A stretch of 64,000 bases of DNA, taken from assembly GCA_020344315.1 (NCBI GenBank), contig CP070820.1, positions 237,763 through 301,762 of the forward strand. The letters are read 5' to 3'. The stretch comes from Candidatus Bathyarchaeum sp. GTDB lineage: Archaea > Thermoproteota > Bathyarchaeia > Bathyarchaeales > Bathyarchaeaceae. The position numbers and the translations under genes were made by a program. Of the stretch, positions 58,788 through 64,000 are shown piece after piece (positions within the stretch are counted from its first letter, which is position 1; each line of letters begins with the position of its first letter). The notes under the pieces were generated by a model. It made no database searches, was not told where the DNA came from, and saw only the letters and a program-made list of their open reading frames with translations.

Positions 58788-60527
58788 CTACTTCTTTTTA
58801 TCTGCGTAACTAAGAGTTAATTCAAGTGCGGCTGGACGAATCGTTTTCTGTAGTAGTTTTTTTGCAAGTTCCATAGCAAAGTTGTAGTTGTATGTGCCTT
58901 TTCCGATTCTTCGCACTTCTTTCAGCATCTCGATCTCTACTTCATGTTTCAGTCGTCCTATCGCTAGTGCACCAGCACCGTAGATTCCAGGCATAATTTC
59001 GCGCATATCATCGTGTGGCTTTATTCCCTCAACTCCTAGGGGTGGAATGGCATTGATGTCAGCCAGAACTTTGAGGAGTTTTACTTTTTGCAGCATCGCT
59101 TTTTCTATGATTTGGACTCCACGGGTTCCTGCGCAGAATATTACTTCGGCTTTTTTGAAGAGTTCAAATTTTTTCTCAGGTGTAGGCGCAAAGAATCCTT
59201 GCACTCTCGCTCCGTATTGTGTGTTTAGTTGTTCTGCGAGTTCAGTTGCGTATTCGTCACCGTTCTTACGGTTTGGATTCAAACTTGCGATCGTGACATC
59301 GCAGCCAAGCTTTGTCAATAAAACTGCTATTATTCTACCGACGGAACCTGTTCCAAAGACAGCACATGTTTTATCGCCTAAACTTCCGAGTTTTTGAAAG
59401 GATATTGCTTCTTGAACCTTTGCTACGGCTGCTGCTGCTGTTGTGTATGCTCCGGCAGGATCTACTATTACACTAGCGTTGAAGGGGGGAAACATGGCTT
59501 TTGTTATGACCTTTGTTATTTCTTCCGCTTTAACGATGTCTTTTCCTCCTATGAAGAAGGTGGTGCGCTTCACTCCCTTTGGGCCTCTTGAGAAAACGGC
59601 GTCTTCAACTATTTTCTTAGCGTCTCTGCAGTTTACGTTCTCGTAAGGTATTACTACGTTGTATCCTGCGTCGTAAGCCATGCAAACGTCGAATGGACTA
59701 GCAATTGGGTCTGAGTCTAGGAAAAATAGTAGATACGGCAATTCTATTGAAGTCTTTCTGATTGTTGGTTTTACTTTGATTTGCATAGCCTGTAATAGTT
59801 CACCAATCCCTTTTAAATCGGAGGTTTCTCTGATTGGTAAAATCACTTCTTTTGTAACTTTGATCGTTTCAACAGTCACGTTAAATGATTCTAAAAGCTT
59901 AGCTACACCTTTGATGTGTTCGGGGCTACTTATGTGAAGGCATGTGATTTCTCCATTTGATTTCATGTTTCTCGCGTTATCCAAGATTTTCATGGCTATC
60001 CAACTTTCCCTTACCGCGAAATTGGCTTCCTTTTCTTGTTTCTCAAGTTCGCTTTGTAGATATTGACCATAGGCGATCAGATATTCCTCTTCGGTGCTAG
60101 ACTCCTTGCCCTGCCCTTTTTTCTTGAGCTGTTCATTTAGCGCTTGGATTATTCGGTCTCTTAGTTGTTTATTCTCATCCATAAGTTGAGCTATGTATGA
60201 TCTGGCATTTTCCTCAATGTCAACTGGGTGAAACGGTATTTCGTTTCTCTTAAAGAGCTTTGATAGTTCATTGTTTTCGTTGAACTCTTCTAGTGAGCGT
60301 AAACCAAGTTCTTCGGTTGCGTAGTCTGGTTTTATTTTTTTAATCAGCTTCTCTAGGAAACTTGTGAGAGCTATTGATGGTTTATGGAGTGCGCTGAGGT
60401 CACTGGTGGGTTTGGTTGTTGGTTCTATCAGCCAAAAAGGTTCGTTGTACTCTTTTTCAACTATTAAGACTACTAGTTTTGTGTCTTTCAAGGGTTTAAT
60501 TGTTAATGTTTCCAATTTACTCACCAT
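58788..60527 (-). CDS. NAD(P)-dependent methylene-H4MPT dehydrogenase (MtdA/MtdB-like) with ~260 aa N-terminal extra domain
   Basis: SPFDV.MAYDAG, DA.FSRGP.G, DP.GA.TTAAA, GTGSVG, D.NA.PP.G.EG and GALAIG.LK motifs. Confidence 0.85.
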   Translation of the reverse strand: MVSKLETLTIKPLKDTKLVVLIVEKEYNEPFWLIEPTTKPTSDLSALHKPSIALTSFLEKLIKKIKPDYATEELGLRSLEEFNENNELSKLFKRNEIPFHPVDIEENARSYIAQLMDENKQLRDRIIQALNEQLKKKGQGKESSTEEEYLIAYGQYLQSELEKQEKEANFAVRESWIAMKILDNARNMKSNGEITCLHISSPEHIKGVAKLLESFNVTVETIKVTKEVILPIRETSDLKGIGELLQAMQIKVKPTIRKTSIELPYLLFFLDSDPIASPFDVCMAYDAGYNVVIPYENVNCRDAKKIVEDAVFSRGPKGVKRTTFFIGGKDIVKAEEITKVITKAMFPPFNASVIVDPAGAYTTAAAAVAKVQEAISFQKLGSLGDKTCAVFGTGSVGRIIAVLLTKLGCDVTIASLNPNRKNGDEYATELAEQLNTQYGARVQGFFAPTPEKKFELFKKAEVIFCAGTRGVQIIEKAMLQKVKLLKVLADINAIPPLGVEGIKPHDDMREIMPGIYGAGALAIGRLKHEVEIEMLKEVRRIGKGTYNYNFAMELAKKLLQKTIRPAALELTLSYADKKK

Positions 60528-60690
60528 TATTTTTGTTTATTAGCTTTCGGTTTGAGGTCATGTTTTCTTAGAAAAATATATACTTTTTGCCTATATTGTA
60601 TGTAAACATTAATAAGGTATATACAAGACTTTGGGATACGAGCCAAATTATATAAGTCTCTTCATTGCTTGATGCTAAATACATGATCAG

Positions 60691-61593
60691 GTGTTTCGAA
60701 TGGACGAACCTTCAACAAAAATAAAGATAGGTGTCTTCAAGTGTGGCAACGTCGGCACAGCTCCCATCTTTGAACTTCTTCTCGACGAACTTGCACAACG
60801 CAAAGACATCACCGTTCGCACAGTAACTTCAGGTGCAAAAATGACTTTAGAAGAAGTCAAAGACGCTCTTCCTAAGATTTTCGAATTCGAACTTGATCTT
60901 CTAGTTCTAATCTCTCCAAACCCTTCAGTTTCTGGTCCTGCTACAGCTAGAAATATGGCTTTAGAAAAGGGAGTACACACAATTGTGATGTCAGACGCTG
61001 TCGCAAAGCGAATGACAAAAGAACTTGAAAAGCAGGGAGTAGGCTACATAGTTGTTCTCGGCGATCCCCTGATCGGAGCACGAAGACAATTCTTGGACCC
61101 TGTGGAAATGGCACTCTTCAACTCAAACATAATCAAAGTACTCGCAGTCACCGGAGTTTTCAGACTGATACATCAAGAGATCGACAGGGTAATAGCTGTT
61201 CTAAAAGAGGAACTAGCCGTCCGTCTACCGAGATTAGTGATTGATACAGAAACAATTCGTGATAATTCAGACTTTAAAAATCCTTATGCAAAAGCCAAAG
61301 CTATGGCTGCCTATCACATAGCATCTAAGATCCCAGAGATCAACACAAAAGCTTGTTTTATGGAGAAAGAAAGCGAAAAATTCATTCCTCTAGTTACTTG
61401 TGCACACGAAATGGCTCAGGTAGCAGCTAAATTGGCCGAAGAAGCAAGAGAGATCGAGAAATATTCTGACAGTTTGGTAAGAAAACCCCACTCAAAGAAA
61501 GGAGAACCCTTAACAAAAACCAAATTAATGCAGTCACCAGAGTTTGACGATGAACTATACAAGAAATGGCTCAAAACTTTGCCAAACAACTGA
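60691..61593 (+). CDS. mtd: F420-dependent methylene-H4MPT dehydrogenase
   Basis: K.GN.GT..LLLDE.A.R, SGAKM, SPNP..GP, D..IGARR.FLDP.EMA.FN, NPYAKAKA.AA and AHE motifs. Confidence 0.93.
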   Translation: MFRMDEPSTKIKIGVFKCGNVGTAPIFELLLDELAQRKDITVRTVTSGAKMTLEEVKDALPKIFEFELDLLVLISPNPSVSGPATARNMALEKGVHTIVMSDAVAKRMTKELEKQGVGYIVVLGDPLIGARRQFLDPVEMALFNSNIIKVLAVTGVFRLIHQEIDRVIAVLKEELAVRLPRLVIDTETIRDNSDFKNPYAKAKAMAAYHIASKIPEINTKACFMEKESEKFIPLVTCAHEMAQVAAKLAEEAREIEKYSDSLVRKPHSKKGEPLTKTKLMQSPEFDDELYKKWLKTLPNN

Positions 61594-61734
61594 ACACACT
61601 TATTTTAGCAGAAAATCTTTCGGGTAAAGTATGCAGGATTTGTTTTGTAATGAAACGTTCCGAACTTCAATAAAACAGTGAAAACCAAACGAAATATAAC
61701 ACACAATTAATCCCAAGTAATTGTCAGAAACTGG

Positions 61735-62994
61735 GTGACATTTTTGCTCAGACTCTACAACACGCTGACAAAAAAAAGCGAGATTTTCAAGCCCTTAGAC
61801 GAGGGAAGAGTTAGGCTGGTCAGCTGTGGACCGTCTATCTATCAGTTGCCTCACATAGGCAACTATCGAACCTTTCTCTTTGAAGACATCGTACAACGTT
61901 ACCTCGAATACCTCGGCTACCGAGTGGAGAGAGTATTAAACATCACTGACGTGGAGGACAAAGCTTTAGAAGCGGCTGAGAATCAAAACATAACTCTAAA
62001 GGAACTGACCGATAACAACATTGAAACCTTCATGAATGAACTGAAGAATCTGAAAGTTAAGATTCCCGACTACTTACCGCAGTCTTCAACCACCGTTGAT
62101 CAAGCCGTGCATCTCATAGAAATTCTGCTGGAGAAAGGCTACGCATACCATTACACCCATCGGGGTCGAAGAAATATCTACTATGATCCATTGAAGTTTG
62201 ATGGGTTCGGTAAGCTCTTCGGTTTAGACATGAGTAAGTGGCCTAAGAAAAAGAGACGCTTCCACAAGGACACTTACGCCAATGACCGATGGAACAGAGG
62301 AGACTTCATCCTATGGCATGGATACAAAGAAGGGGACAAAGTTTTTTGGGAGACAAAAATAGGCAAAGGAAGACCCTCATGGAACATTCAAGACCCTGCT
62401 ATGGTGCCAAAATCGTTCGGTTTCGAGGCTGATATGTGGTGCAGCGGAATCGACAGCACCCATCGTCACCACGACTACATCATTGCAGTGGTTGAAGCCG
62501 TAACAGGCAAACCTTTCGTTCGCTACTGGCTCCACGCAGCCCATCTCTTTCTTGAGGGAGAAAAGATGTCGAAGAGCAGAGGCAACATAGAATATCCAAG
62601 GGACCTCTTGGAGACCGAATGCATCTGGAACCATATTCGATTCTTTTTTATTTACGGTCACTATAGACGAAACATGAACTTCACCTTCACAAAGTACAAT
62701 CAAGTCTGCAATCGACTCAAACGTTTTCGGGAGATGGTGAAGAACCTAAGAGTTGAAGAAGGAGCTAAACAAACATCCAGCGTGAGAGCAGAGAAACTGG
62801 TGAAAAAATTAACGACAGACTTTGAAGAGAACATGAACAATGACCTTCAGGTTAAGGCTGCCTTCGATTCGCTGTATAAAACGGTTTCAAAACTGATTAA
62901 ACTCAAGGAGAATCAGATGTTAAGTGCGGAGGATTCTGTGGAGGCGTTAGCGAAACTAAAAGCCATCGATTATGTGTTGCAGGTTATATTCTAA
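61735..62994 (+). CDS. Cysteinyl-tRNA synthetase-like protein (atypical paralog)
   Basis: CGP..Y...HIGN.R, NITD..DK, DF.LW, GRP.W and KMSKS.GN motifs; DALR-like helix but no anticodon-binding domain. Confidence 0.8.
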   Translation: MTFLLRLYNTLTKKSEIFKPLDEGRVRLVSCGPSIYQLPHIGNYRTFLFEDIVQRYLEYLGYRVERVLNITDVEDKALEAAENQNITLKELTDNNIETFMNELKNLKVKIPDYLPQSSTTVDQAVHLIEILLEKGYAYHYTHRGRRNIYYDPLKFDGFGKLFGLDMSKWPKKKRRFHKDTYANDRWNRGDFILWHGYKEGDKVFWETKIGKGRPSWNIQDPAMVPKSFGFEADMWCSGIDSTHRHHDYIIAVVEAVTGKPFVRYWLHAAHLFLEGEKMSKSRGNIEYPRDLLETECIWNHIRFFFIYGHYRRNMNFTFTKYNQVCNRLKRFREMVKNLRVEEGAKQTSSVRAEKLVKKLTTDFEENMNNDLQVKAAFDSLYKTVSKLIKLKENQMLSAEDSVEALAKLKAIDYVLQVIF

Positions 62995-63015
62995 CAATAG
63001 GGGGAGTTCTTGAGA

Positions 63016-64000
63016 TTGGCGAAAAAGAGGCAGCGAATAATCCTTCACGTTGACATGGATCAATTTTTCGCTGCCGTAGAAGAGAAGGAACGTCCTGAAA
63101 TTCGAGGCAAACCCGTTGTTGTGGGAGCCGACCCAAAAGAAGGTATGGGAAGGGGTGTTGTCAGCACCTGCAATTATGAAGCCCGCAAGTACGGTGTCAA
63201 GTCCGGTATTCCCATAACGAGAGCTTGGAGGCTATGTCCGAACGCTGTCTACCTCCCAATTAACTACAGTCTTTACCAGAAAGTGTCTGCCCGAATCATG
63301 ACGATCCTGCGAAGTTACGCTGACAAGTTTGAGCGCTGGGGCCTAGATGAAGCTTTCTTGGATGTATCATCTAGGGTCAAAAATTTTAGAGAAGCGGAGA
63401 AACTGGCGCAGAAAATCAAGAAGCAGATTTATGAGAAGGAGGGGCTGACCTGTTCTATAGGTGTTGGACCGAACAAGCTTGTAGCCAAGATAGGCAGCGA
63501 CTTCAAGAAACCGGACGGTCTCACCGTTGTCAGAGGAGAGGATGTGAAAGCGTTTCTGTCGCTTCTAAGAGTGAGTAAGTTGCTTTGGGTTGGCAGAAAG
63601 ACTGAGAACAAACTCAACAGTATGGGAATCAAGACTATAGGTGATCTGGCAAGCTACGACACATCCATTCTGGTGGAGAAATTCGGTGCTGCAGGCACTC
63701 AGTTATATCTTTCAGCTCAGGGAATCGACAATAGCGAGATTCAAGAACGATGGACAAGGAAGTCGATGAGTAGAGAAATAACTTTCGAAGAGGACACATC
63801 CGACTCTAACCTCATCCTCGAGACCTTGGATGCCATCTCAGAAGATCTGCATAGAGAACTCACAGCATCCAACTTCACTTTTAAGACAACTACCGTGAAA
63901 GTAAGATACGCAAACTTCGAAACCCACACCCATGGCAAGACATTGCTCTTCTTCACAGACCGGCTTAGGGATATACAGAAGATTGCCAGAGACCTCGTGC
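63016..64000 (+). CDS. dinB: DNA polymerase IV (Y family), runs off the window end
   Basis: Read directly from TTG 63016: IILHVDMDQFFAAVE, STCNYEARKYGV, LDEAFLD, AKIGSDFKKPDG. Confidence 0.93.
   Translation, partial: MAKKRQRIILHVDMDQFFAAVEEKERPEIRGKPVVVGADPKEGMGRGVVSTCNYEARKYGVKSGIPITRAWRLCPNAVYLPINYSLYQKVSARIMTILRSYADKFERWGLDEAFLDVSSRVKNFREAEKLAQKIKKQIYEKEGLTCSIGVGPNKLVAKIGSDFKKPDGLTVVRGEDVKAFLSLLRVSKLLWVGRKTENKLNSMGIKTIGDLASYDTSILVEKFGAAGTQLYLSAQGIDNSEIQERWTRKSMSREITFEEDTSDSNLILETLDAISEDLHRELTASNFTFKTTTVKVRYANFETHTHGKTLLFFTDRLRDIQKIARDLV

Noticed and set aside
114-63956. Numerous 60-200 aa antisense or alternative-frame ORFs in the track (e.g. 6116-6550, 19315-19794, 24448-24909, 38525-39004, 50648-51241)
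   Set aside because: They are shadows of well-supported genes and have no motifs or RBS support.
1-64000. CRISPR array or rRNA
   Set aside because: No regularly spaced 25-40 bp repeats or rRNA-like segments were seen by eye.

Overview
This window is archaeal chromosomal DNA, most likely from Ca. Bathyarchaeia (inferred from archaeal-type ABCE1, Cgi121, PolB2 and RtcA together with H4MPT-linked C1 genes, an archaeosortase and a PQQ-like beta-propeller surface protein). It holds about 65 CDS and one tRNA-Glu(CTC); I saw no rRNA or CRISPR array. Housekeeping blocks cover t6A synthesis, ABCE1, purine salvage, the PolB2 damage operon and DinB. The C1/redox genes are ftr, a divergent pair of F420-dependent mtd and an MtdB-like fusion, and an HdrB-less operon of HdrC-GltD fusion, HdrA-MvhD and polyferredoxin. 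These blocks alternate with decayed accessory patches at about 22-27 kb, 28.6-33 kb and 43.5-45 kb. The best leads are: (1) three paralogous COG1665-like nucleotidyltransferases clustered with a CPBP protease and a creatininase-family hydrolase; (2) a ~270 bp promoter-ORF-terminator mini-cassette encoding a ~58 aa CxxxC protein, present three times, once about 0.9 kb from a dead tyrosine integrase; (3) a ~70 bp non-coding direct repeat bracketing a 5 kb surface-protein/regulator module; (4) a CysRS paralog with altered Zn ligands and no anticodon domain; (5) two operator families, NikR-geometry boxes and GTNAC-N7-GTNAC palindromes; (6) two single-lesion genes, a ferredoxin-ICMT fusion and a Usp broken at an A-AAA-AAC heptamer. 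All family calls come from motif recognition by eye, not database searches.
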